DNA of 13,784 nt from Oligoflexus sp. (GTDB lineage Bacteria > Bdellovibrionota_B > Oligoflexia > Oligoflexales > Oligoflexaceae): contig JBGSTX010000018.1 of NCBI GenBank assembly GCA_041736305.1, positions 1 through 13,784 on the forward strand, given 5' to 3'. The notes beneath the pieces are model-generated. The model was not told where the DNA came from. It searched no databases and worked only from the letters and a program-made list of their open reading frames with translations. The position numbers and the translations under genes were made by a program. Position 1 is the first letter of the stretch. Every line of letters begins with the position of its first letter. This document shows, in pieces, positions 6,728 to 13,784 of this stretch.

Positions 6728-7582
6728 TTAGAGACCTACGGTCTTAAAGGCAAATTCAGCGAGTTCTCGGGCACCGCGCACACCGATCATCATGCCTGAC
6801 ACATCGGGGCTCACCTGCCAGGCAATCACATTGAGTCGGTCCGAAGCATAGGCCTGATAGACCAGTCCCTGGAAATTACCTGGAGTCGACTGCGGCAGCT
6901 GATCGATCGTGCCCTTGTACATGAAGAGAAAGAGCTTCTCGCCAGAGTTTTTGCCGGTGAATTGGGTGGCAAGGACCTTGGCCACTTCATAATCGATGAC
7001 GGTTGCGCCGTTGACTTCCCAGAGCTCGTTGGGCTCCTGCATCGACTTCGGCTTGAATTTCAGGTCAGGATAACGCTCGAAGTAGTGATTGATTTCAGAT
7101 AGGCGATCGGTGGGAAAATCCAGGCGACCTTCCGGATCTTCTATCAGCACTATGGCTTCGTAGATTAGCGAATCGAGGGCTTTAAAAGGAGCTTTAGCCT
7201 TAGGACCGAAGAGTACGAAAGCCCCGTAGACTAAGGCGCCGAAAATCACGAAGAGTATCGCGAAGCGCAGCGAGTTCCCCTTCAGTTCCGAACGACCGAC
7301 CGTTTCGATATCTTCGGCTTCATGATTGGCCCGCGAAGCATCGTCTTCGACCAGATCGTGGATATCGCGCAGATTCTTCTCATCGAGGAACATGCGCTGG
7401 GCCTCGATCTGCAAGCGACCGCGCTGAATGCCGTAGTCGGTCGCCACTGAAGCTAGATTGAGATTCTTAGCGTTCTCATCAAAGCGCTTTTTAGCGTCTC
7501 CGCTGAGCGTCTCGTCGAGATAGTCAGAGAGATGGGCATAGAGGGATTCTTCGTCTGTTAGAGCCGCGGATTTGGATGCCAT
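6728..7582 (-). CDS. Single-pass membrane anti-sigma factor-like protein (RsiW/PrtR-like), 284 aa
   Basis: N-terminal LSDYLDETLS helix typical of anti-sigma domains, one TM segment (FAILFVIFGALVYGAFVLF) and a beta-rich C-terminal periplasmic domain. It lies 17 nt downstream of the sigma-like gene. Confidence 0.75.
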   Translation of the reverse strand: MASKSAALTDEESLYAHLSDYLDETLSGDAKKRFDENAKNLNLASVATDYGIQRGRLQIEAQRMFLDEKNLRDIHDLVEDDASRANHEAEDIETVGRSELKGNSLRFAILFVIFGALVYGAFVLFGPKAKAPFKALDSLIYEAIVLIEDPEGRLDFPTDRLSEINHYFERYPDLKFKPKSMQEPNELWEVNGATVIDYEVAKVLATQFTGKNSGEKLFLFMYKGTIDQLPQSTPGNFQGLVYQAYASDRLNVIAWQVSPDVSGMMIGVRGARELAEFAFKTVGL

Positions 7583-7599
7583 GTTTTCAGTAGCCCCCC

Positions 7600-8052
7600 T
7601 TATTCAAAGCGAAAGCTGAGGAGACGCTTCCGCCCCTGAGCCAGATAACGGCGCATGTCTAATTCGTCGATTTTGGTGATCTCACCGACTTCTTCGAGAG
7701 TCAGGCCGATGACATCAACCAGGAAGAGCAGGGCGCGGGTCGTAAGATCTAAGGTCCGCAGCAAGGGAAAGAGGATATTGTCGGGACTCTGACCTTCCTC
7801 GTCGTTCTCATGATGCAGCTCCCAGAGGCGCCTTAGGAGAAAGAGACGTATGGTGGCGCTATCGCGGTTCAAAAACTCCGACAGGTGCGGAACGATCGAT
7901 TGGTAGGTCTTGTATACCAAACGGTTGCCGATATCCTCGCTGAGCGAAAGCGCAAAGGCGAAGCGCAGAACTGTGTCCGCTTCCTGACAGAGGGTCTCAA
8001 CAAAAAAGGCCGTGGCTCCCCCATCATAAGTGCGCGCAGCATTTCGAGCCAT
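7600..8052 (-). CDS. Degenerate ECF sigma-70-like protein (region 2 and region 4 remnants), 150 aa
   Basis: Region 2-like LRFAFALSLSEDIGNRLVYKTY and region 4-like LRTLDLTTRALLFLVDVIGLTLEEVGEITKIDELDMRRYLAQGRKRL. It sits directly upstream of an anti-sigma-like gene. Confidence 0.8.
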   Translation of the reverse strand: MARNAARTYDGGATAFFVETLCQEADTVLRFAFALSLSEDIGNRLVYKTYQSIVPHLSEFLNRDSATIRLFLLRRLWELHHENDEEGQSPDNILFPLLRTLDLTTRALLFLVDVIGLTLEEVGEITKIDELDMRRYLAQGRKRLLSFRFE

Positions 8053-8108
8053 TTGAAGTACCCCAGTCTCTGCTATTTCTATTAAGATTTATTCAGTTTA
8101 ACTTTATA

Positions 8109-8121
8109 GTTACATGGTAAC
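8109..8121. promoter_or_regulatory. Palindromic operator candidate GTTAC-atg-GTAAC
   Basis: Perfect 5-N3-5 palindrome in the divergent intergenic region, overlapping the predicted -10 element. Confidence 0.4.
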
Positions 8122-8143
8122 AAGGGAAGCTGTGGAGTGGCAA
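8114..8143 (-). promoter_or_regulatory. Predicted sigma70-type promoter for the sigma-like/anti-sigma genes
   Basis: Minus strand: -35 TTGCCA (8143-8138), 18-nt spacer, extended -10 TGt-TACCAT (8122-8114), followed by an AT-rich leader to ATG 8052. Confidence 0.45.
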
Positions 8144-8238
8144 GCAACGCCAGCGGCTTTTTCTAGGAGCAGCCGACTCTCGATCGGCTCTAAGACTGTT
8201 AATTCGAAGGCGTATTCGCTTTTTTTCAGAGGAATCTC

Positions 8239-8973
8239 ATGACGGATTGGACGGCCTGGTTGATCGTTGTTCCCGCCCGCCTGCAGTCGACGCGACTCCC
8301 CGAAAAGCCGCTCGCCGACCTCGGCGGTAAACCTCTCGTCGTAAGAGTCTATGAGCGGCTCAAACCGCTGGCTAAGCTTGGGGCTGAAATAGTCGTCGCT
8401 ACCGATGCAGCTGCGGTCCTGAAAGTATGCGAGGCGCATGGAGTGCCGAGCATCCTGACCAGCGTCGAGCACAAGAGCGGGACCGATCGCTGTGCCGAGG
8501 TCGCGATGAGATATGCGCGCTCCCATATCCTCAACGTTCAAGGCGACGAACCCTTCGTCGATCTGGGCGATCTCGAGACTTTAATCAAGATGATGCCGCG
8601 GCAGGAAGCAAGCATCGGCACCTTAGTGCACAGAAATGAAAGTCAGGCCGATTTTGAAAACCCAAACTGCGTCAAAGTAATTAGGGATGAAAAGGGCCAA
8701 GCCCTCTACTTCTCGCGGGCACCGATACCCTATGCCCGCGCACCCGCTCGCTTTGAATTTTTTTGGCAGCATCTCGGCGTCTACGCTTTTCATCGCGATG
8801 CTCTTCTGCGATTCTGCAGCCTGCCCCAGCACTTTCTCGAAAAACAGGAGAGCCTCGAGCAGCTGCGGGCTCTAGGCCATGGCCTTACTCTGCTGACTGC
8901 GGAGGCTCGTCATCCTGCAATCGGCATCGATACACCCCAAGACCTTGAGGCTGCCCGTGCGCGTTTCAACTAA
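8239..8973 (+). CDS. kdsB: 3-deoxy-manno-octulosonate cytidylyltransferase (CMP-Kdo synthetase)
   Basis: VPARLQSTRLPEKPLADLGGKP, VVATD, HKSGTDR, LNVQGDEPF, ALYFSRAPIPY, HLGVYAF, LEKQESLEQLRAL, GIDTPQDL. AGAGG RBS. Confidence 0.97.
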   Translation: MTDWTAWLIVVPARLQSTRLPEKPLADLGGKPLVVRVYERLKPLAKLGAEIVVATDAAAVLKVCEAHGVPSILTSVEHKSGTDRCAEVAMRYARSHILNVQGDEPFVDLGDLETLIKMMPRQEASIGTLVHRNESQADFENPNCVKVIRDEKGQALYFSRAPIPYARAPARFEFFWQHLGVYAFHRDALLRFCSLPQHFLEKQESLEQLRALGHGLTLLTAEARHPAIGIDTPQDLEAARARFN

Positions 8974-11900
8974 GCGAATCGGCTTTTGCTTTTGCAGTGC
9001 TCTTGTAGGGATTTTGCTTTTAGCTCCTCTAGCGCAAGCCCTGCCTATAGGATTTGGGCGGAATCAGGGAAGCCTCGAATACGATGAGCTAACGACGCCC
9101 AACTTTTACGTCTATCACGACAGGCGAGCACCGCACGAAGCGCGAGCTGTGCTGGAAGCTCTCGAAGCGGCGCGACCTAAGCTCGAACAGTGGGTCGGCG
9201 TCAAGCGTGGCGATCCTTTGCGTGTCCTGCTCTCAGCCAGTACCTCAAATCCTTCTTTCGCCAACTTCATTACCGATGCGATCGAACTGCAAACCCTGGG
9301 CCGCGGCGGTCGCGATTTAGCCTGGCACGAATACACGCACAGCACCATGTATCGTCATCTCGACAATATCTTCGGACCTGCCGGCAGCATCATTCATTTG
9401 CCTTGGATGCCGGCCTGGTGGATTGAAGGCTATGCCGAGGCGATGAGCATATCGAGCGGCTCGGATTCGCAGCATGGCATCGAACGTGTATTTGCGATGA
9501 GCGGGCGCTGGCCGACCTACGATAAACTTCACAGTCTTTACGATGGCAGTCGCTTTTCCAATATCGGCTACGCGATCGCAGGCTCCTTCGTGAGCTATAT
9601 CATCCGCACCTACGGCGCTGAGAAAGTCCCCGCTATGCTGGAAGCTTTTTATCGCTACAGCATGCCCTGGTGGTGGCCTTGGAGCGTGGTTCCCTTCAAC
9701 GGTTTTCTGCCGATGGATGAAGCTCTTAAAGAATATACCGGTAAAAATGGCGAAGAGCTCTATCGCGAATACATCGAAAAAGCCACTGAACGCTGGCGCG
9801 GCGACCAAAGCCTCACCTACTACCGCGATGATCAGAGCAGCATGAAGCTGCCTGAAGCTGAAAAACCTGCGCCGGAGACAGAGGCACCGACTGGGCTGCC
9901 AGGGCAATCGGTGAGTTTCAGCTCGACGGTGCAGATGCAAAGCCGCCAGGGCAGACTCTTTTTCATAAATAGTGACAAAGCCGGAGACTACGAGGCGGAG
10001 GTCGTCTGGGATAAGAACCGTAGCATCAGCTGGAAAAAATCAATGCCATGGCCTGAAGATGCTCTGACACCGCGCGTAGTTCGCGGCGATCTGCAGATCT
10101 TCCTCAGCGGCGAATCGAATGAGAATCGCGAGCCGATCCGCACCTTCTGGGTCATGAAGCAAGGTAAGAGGACTCCCCTCTTCAAGCGTCGAGCCTACAT
10201 CAGCGATATTTATCTTAGTCGCGACAAGCTGATCTGGGTCGAAGAGTATCTGGAGCAGCAGCGCATCTGCAGCGTCTCCCGCAAAGTCATCGACGGTTCG
10301 GCCAAAGGAGAAAACTCGCGCTGCAGCTTGAGCTTCACCTACCCGAAGTCAATGCGCGTCCTCGGGACGAAAATGGTGAAAGACGGTGAGGAGGAGCTCC
10401 TGTCTGAAATTTGGTTCAGCGAGACCGAAGAGACGCTGCCGGGTGATCGCCATACCCTCTCCATCTGGAAGGCAGATACGGAAAAAGTCGAGAAGCTCCC
10501 GCTCAAAGAGCGCGGCAAACCGCTTTCTCTCGCCTTCACCCAGCAGGGTATCTGGCTCGGGCTTGCCGACCGCACGCACCATTTTCTCCGTCGCATAGAC
10601 GAACAGGGCCAGTGCCTCGAAGAAAGGGATATCGGCAACATTCTGGAAAAGTTGCACAACAGTACCGGGCCTGAACTGACGATGAGTTTTTGGGAGGATC
10701 ATGGAGTTCTCCTCCTGCGTTCGGACCAAAAGAGTAAAGCCGCGCTCCCCTGCCGTCTCCACGATGAACCGAGCTCTCCTCTGCAGCTCGGTATGCGACA
10801 TCCGGATCAGAACCTGAGCCAGATTCTGGCGATGAGCGATCCATGGAAAAATCGCGAGCCGAAGCTGATCGAAGCAGAATTTCAGCTCATCGCGCAAGCT
10901 GTGCCGCTAGGTTCAGTCAAAACTATCAACGGTCAGGCTATAGAATCGAAAGCAGCTAGCTGGCGGCCACGGCCCGTCTTCGCGTTCCCTTGGATTGGAG
11001 TCGATGCTAAAGGCTATCAGCTAGGGACCCTAGCCGTTCCCCTCATGGACCACATGCAGAACGAAACCCTGCAGCTTTCGGCACTCTATGGCGTGGAAAG
11101 CCGCTTTCCCAATCTTGAACTGACGCTCAGCACCAATCGCTTTGATACGAGCTATTCCGTCAGTGTCTTTCGTCGGCAGGCTTGGAACGGAGTCTTTCGC
11201 AATCGAACCTACTACTTCGACGAAAGGGGAGCCGAAGTGCAGGCAGCCCGTTACGTGGAGTTGATCGATACATCCGTGCGTGTCAGCTTCACCAATGCTT
11301 GGGAAAAGCCTTACATCGGCGACAGCGAAGTCTGGCCCTTTCTGGCCCAAGGTTATCTGCGGGAGTTTTCCTTGGGTCTCTCGCGCGGCCATTCCTTCGA
11401 CTGGGCGAGTCTTAGCTATTATCTCAGTTCCAACTTAGCGACCAAAGAATTCAACAGCAACTATGACTACGAGCAGCTAGGTCTAGGTACGAGTCTCGGA
11501 ATTCCTATCGAACTCTTGGGCCGTCGCACGAGTCAAAACTGGGGCATGTCCTACAGTCGGGTGCGTGGTAGCAAGCGTAAGCTACTCAAAGAAGCCTACC
11601 GGCCGCTGCGCACCTATGTTCCGGGTAGTGGCGGTGGTTTCAATGAGATCAATCAGTCCTTGATCGGGCCAGGCGCTCTGACTTCGGCTGAATACGGCGA
11701 TACTCAGGCGCGTTTCCAGTTTGCTTGGACCTACCCCATTTTTTATGACATGGCCAAAGTCATTCACATCGTGTATTTGCAGCGCCTTGATTTCACAGCT
11801 TTCTTCAACTACGGTACAGCGTGGTTTCATAATGACCCTGAGAGACCAGGTATCTACGATGGGGTGCGAGCCCATGGCTACAATCTCGACCTCCAGGCCG

Positions 11901-12016
11901 ATATCAAAGGGGTAAAGGTCAACCTCGGGCTTGGAATGGGGCAGGTTTTGGGTTACGACTTTGAAGTTTATGCCCTCTTTGGCTTCGATGCCTTGATCGA
12001 TCAAGGCAGTCGCTGA
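8957..12016 (+). CDS. Large exported/outer-membrane protein (~1019 aa): N-terminal gluzincin (peptidase MA-like) domain, central beta-propeller-like region, C-terminal Omp85-like beta-barrel
   Basis: Signal peptide ending AQA-LP. HEYTH followed by MPAWWIEGYAE (HExxH...E). The C-terminal third consists of amphipathic, aromatic-rich beta strands (AFFNYGTAW, GVKVNLGLGMG, EVYALFGF). GTG 8957 has GAGG 6 nt upstream (alternative TTG 8945) and overlaps the kdsB end by 17 nt. Confidence 0.8.
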   Translation: MRVSTKRIGFCFCSALVGILLLAPLAQALPIGFGRNQGSLEYDELTTPNFYVYHDRRAPHEARAVLEALEAARPKLEQWVGVKRGDPLRVLLSASTSNPSFANFITDAIELQTLGRGGRDLAWHEYTHSTMYRHLDNIFGPAGSIIHLPWMPAWWIEGYAEAMSISSGSDSQHGIERVFAMSGRWPTYDKLHSLYDGSRFSNIGYAIAGSFVSYIIRTYGAEKVPAMLEAFYRYSMPWWWPWSVVPFNGFLPMDEALKEYTGKNGEELYREYIEKATERWRGDQSLTYYRDDQSSMKLPEAEKPAPETEAPTGLPGQSVSFSSTVQMQSRQGRLFFINSDKAGDYEAEVVWDKNRSISWKKSMPWPEDALTPRVVRGDLQIFLSGESNENREPIRTFWVMKQGKRTPLFKRRAYISDIYLSRDKLIWVEEYLEQQRICSVSRKVIDGSAKGENSRCSLSFTYPKSMRVLGTKMVKDGEEELLSEIWFSETEETLPGDRHTLSIWKADTEKVEKLPLKERGKPLSLAFTQQGIWLGLADRTHHFLRRIDEQGQCLEERDIGNILEKLHNSTGPELTMSFWEDHGVLLLRSDQKSKAALPCRLHDEPSSPLQLGMRHPDQNLSQILAMSDPWKNREPKLIEAEFQLIAQAVPLGSVKTINGQAIESKAASWRPRPVFAFPWIGVDAKGYQLGTLAVPLMDHMQNETLQLSALYGVESRFPNLELTLSTNRFDTSYSVSVFRRQAWNGVFRNRTYYFDERGAEVQAARYVELIDTSVRVSFTNAWEKPYIGDSEVWPFLAQGYLREFSLGLSRGHSFDWASLSYYLSSNLATKEFNSNYDYEQLGLGTSLGIPIELLGRRTSQNWGMSYSRVRGSKRKLLKEAYRPLRTYVPGSGGGFNEINQSLIGPGALTSAEYGDTQARFQFAWTYPIFYDMAKVIHIVYLQRLDFTAFFNYGTAWFHNDPERPGIYDGVRAHGYNLDLQADIKGVKVNLGLGMGQVLGYDFEVYALFGFDALIDQGSR

Positions 12017-12027
12017 GCCGTTGGCTG

Positions 12028-12267
12028 TAGGCTTAGGCTTTGCCATAGGCTTAGCTTAGCCTTTGCCATAGGCTTAGCCTTTGCCTTGTGCGTGATCGTG
12101 ATCTTAGCCGCACCCGTTGCCTTAAGGCGTAAACCTGGCCAAGCTTTAAGTCGAAAGGCAAAGACTTTCGAACACGATCACGATCACGCACAAGGCTAGG
12201 GCTAGGTATAAGGCAAAGGCTAGGCTTAGGTATGAGGCAAAGGCTAGGCTTAGGTATGAGGCAAAGG
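12028..12267. repeat. Hexamer-built composite palindromic repeat (tandem arrays flanking a perfect 21-bp inverted repeat)
   Basis: Left units: 12028-12045, 12046-12068, 12069-12086 (TAGGCTTAG[G/C]CTTTGCC[A/T]). Perfect IR GCCTTGTGCGTGATCGTGATC at 12083-12103 and 12176-12196. Right: three 24-bp units at 12197-12220, 12221-12244, 12245-12267 (consensus TAGGCTTAGGTATGAGGCAAAGGC). Confidence 0.92.
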
Positions 12268-12348
12268 GTAGTTTTCGTGACCCATGCCCGACGCAATAAT
12301 TAAAGCCCGCTGAGCGCGCAACAGCAGAGGAAAGTGGAGGGTCTTGCA

Positions 12349-13458
12349 ATGGGAAATACCTTCGGTCAGCTCTACCGGATCACAACTTTCGGCGAATCGC
12401 ACGGCGGTGCCGTCGGTGTCGTGATCGATGGTTGCCCGCCAGGTCATCGTCTCGATCTGCAAACGGTGCAGGCTTGGCTAGATCGCCGTCGTCCGGGCCA
12501 GAGTCATCTGGCGAGTCCACGCGATGAGAAAGATCGGGTGGAATGTCTCTCAGGTCTAGTCGATGGTGTGACCCTAGGAACTCCTCTCACCCTCATCGTT
12601 CGCAATGAAGACATGAAGAAAGATCATTACTCGGATCTGAGCGAGGTCTACCGACCCTCGCATGCTGATTACACGACTGATGCTAAATATGGTGTCAAAG
12701 CTCCCTCAGGCGGTGGACGCGCCAGCGCACGCGAGACGATCGGCCGCGTGGCAGGGGCAGCTGTCGCCGAACAAATCCTTAGCGCTCTCATTCCTGATTT
12801 CGGCGTCATCGGCTTCGTCGATCGAGTGAAAGATATTCAGGCCGACACGCAGGCGGCCGAGCGATATACCCGAGCCGATGTTGAAGCGCATCCTTTACGC
12901 TGCCCCGATCCTGTGCAGCGTGGCGCCATGGAAAAGCTGATTATCCAGGCTAAAAAATCGGGGGACAGCGTCGGCGGAACTATTTTCTGCGGCATCCACG
13001 GCTGTCCTCCTGGTCTCGGCGAACCCGTCTTTGACAAGCTCGAAGCCGATCTGGCCAAGGCGATGATGAGTTTGCCAGCAAGCAAAGGTTTTGAAGTTGG
13101 AATGGGATTTGCCTCGACCTATCTCTATGGCTCCGAGCACAACGATGCTTTCGTCAAAGAAGGCTCGCGCATCCGCACAGCCACCAATCGCTCGGGTGGT
13201 ATACAGGGCGGCATTAGCAACGGCGAGTATATCTATATGCGCGTCGCTTTTAAGCCGGTGGCGACGATCTTCAAAGAACAGCAAACGGTCGATCGCGAGG
13301 GCAATGAGCTGCTCATGAAGCCGAAGGCTGGCCGCCATGATCCCTGCGTTTTGCCGCGAGCCGTGCCCATGGTGGAAGCCATGGCGCTGCTCTGCGTGAT
13401 GGATCACTTTCTGCGCCAAACACCTGTGGCGGCTGCGCGGGGTTCGCATAAGGTTTGA
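12349..13458 (+). CDS. aroC: Chorismate synthase
   Basis: [84 protein letters not shown] 12349 has GGAGGG 7 nt upstream. Confidence 0.98.
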   Translation: MGNTFGQLYRITTFGESHGGAVGVVIDGCPPGHRLDLQTVQAWLDRRRPGQSHLASPRDEKDRVECLSGLVDGVTLGTPLTLIVRNEDMKKDHYSDLSEVYRPSHADYTTDAKYGVKAPSGGGRASARETIGRVAGAAVAEQILSALIPDFGVIGFVDRVKDIQADTQAAERYTRADVEAHPLRCPDPVQRGAMEKLIIQAKKSGDSVGGTIFCGIHGCPPGLGEPVFDKLEADLAKAMMSLPASKGFEVGMGFASTYLYGSEHNDAFVKEGSRIRTATNRSGGIQGGISNGEYIYMRVAFKPVATIFKEQQTVDREGNELLMKPKAGRHDPCVLPRAVPMVEAMALLCVMDHFLRQTPVAAARGSHKV

Positions 13459-13466
13459 CAAAGCAT

Positions 13467-13784
13467 TCAATCCCAAAACGAAAAGCGGCGATTCACGCAC
13501 TCGATGAGAATGTCGTCGTCGATCTGCTGGCTCGCAATCAGCTTGAAATCGTGCCGATCCATGAGCTTGCGGCTTGGATTTATGGCTGCTGATTCATCCC
13601 CCTCTTTTTCCCGCAGGCGTCCCACACGATGTTCACGCCCCCCCAGTATGCCGGCTCGAATGAAAACGTGGAGAGCGTCGAGTCTATCGACGCGGAGTAG
13701 CTCAGTAAGGAGCTGGCTACCACCTTCGATCATCACGGACTGGAGAGGAAAACCTTTGAGCTGCCGATAGACAGCGGCGAGCTG
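13467..13784 (-). CDS. ribD: 3' end of a RibD C-terminal (pyrimidine reductase/DHFR-like) domain protein, probably riboflavin biosynthesis RibD; 5'-truncated
   Basis: The frame is open from the window edge (QLAAVYRQLKGFPLQSVMIEGGSQLLTELLRVDRLDALHVFIRAGILGG...IDDDILIE). SVxIEGG...D.LHVFI...ILGG is the RibD reductase signature. The deaminase half is not visible. Confidence 0.8.
   Translation of the reverse strand, partial: QLAAVYRQLKGFPLQSVMIEGGSQLLTELLRVDRLDALHVFIRAGILGGREHRVGRLREKEGDESAAINPSRKLMDRHDFKLIASQQIDDDILIECVNRRFSFWD

Noticed and set aside
12028-12256. TTAGGC/TTAGG words resembling eukaryotic telomeric repeats
   Set aside because: Only isolated copies occur within a broader hexamer alphabet, in an intergenic region between clearly bacterial genes.
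12028-12267. Repeat cluster as a CRISPR array
   Set aside because: The units are directly tandem with no unique spacers, the arms are inverted, and there are no cas genes in the window.
12051-12349. Minus-strand ORFs 12051-12296 and 12146-12349 (LCLIPKPS / YLSLAFAS repeats)
   Set aside because: They are by-products of the 24-bp repeat, whose period is a multiple of 3. They have no RBS and are antisense to the aroC leader.

Overview
Bacterial chromosomal window. The style of the proteins suggests Bdellovibrionota/Oligoflexia, but this is inference only. The left ~5 kb looks accessory. It carries the 3' part of a CxxCH-containing protein and three predicted lipoproteins: a Tat-like signal protein with a phage-type/SAM-lyase-like domain, a papain-fold Cys-His-Asp protein and a metzincin Zn-protease. 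A 580-bp gap there holds a 41-codon ORF and an orphan + strand terminator. The right part is envelope/housekeeping. A minus-strand run has a degenerate ECF-sigma-like protein, a zinc-less membrane anti-sigma, a GT9 LPS heptosyltransferase and two small hypotheticals. It is divergent from kdsB plus a ~1019-aa gluzincin/beta-propeller/beta-barrel outer-membrane protein. These are followed by a ~240-bp hexamer-built palindromic repeat, aroC and the convergent 3' end of ribD. The strongest leads are: (1) the ECF-like protein lacks the RNAP-binding DAED motif and resembles a stand-alone PhyR-type sigma mimic, with a TTAC-N3-GTAA palindrome over its predicted -10; (2) the hexamer palindrome element; (3) the SAM-lyase-like exported lipoprotein. 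No rRNA, tRNA, CRISPR array or transposase was seen.
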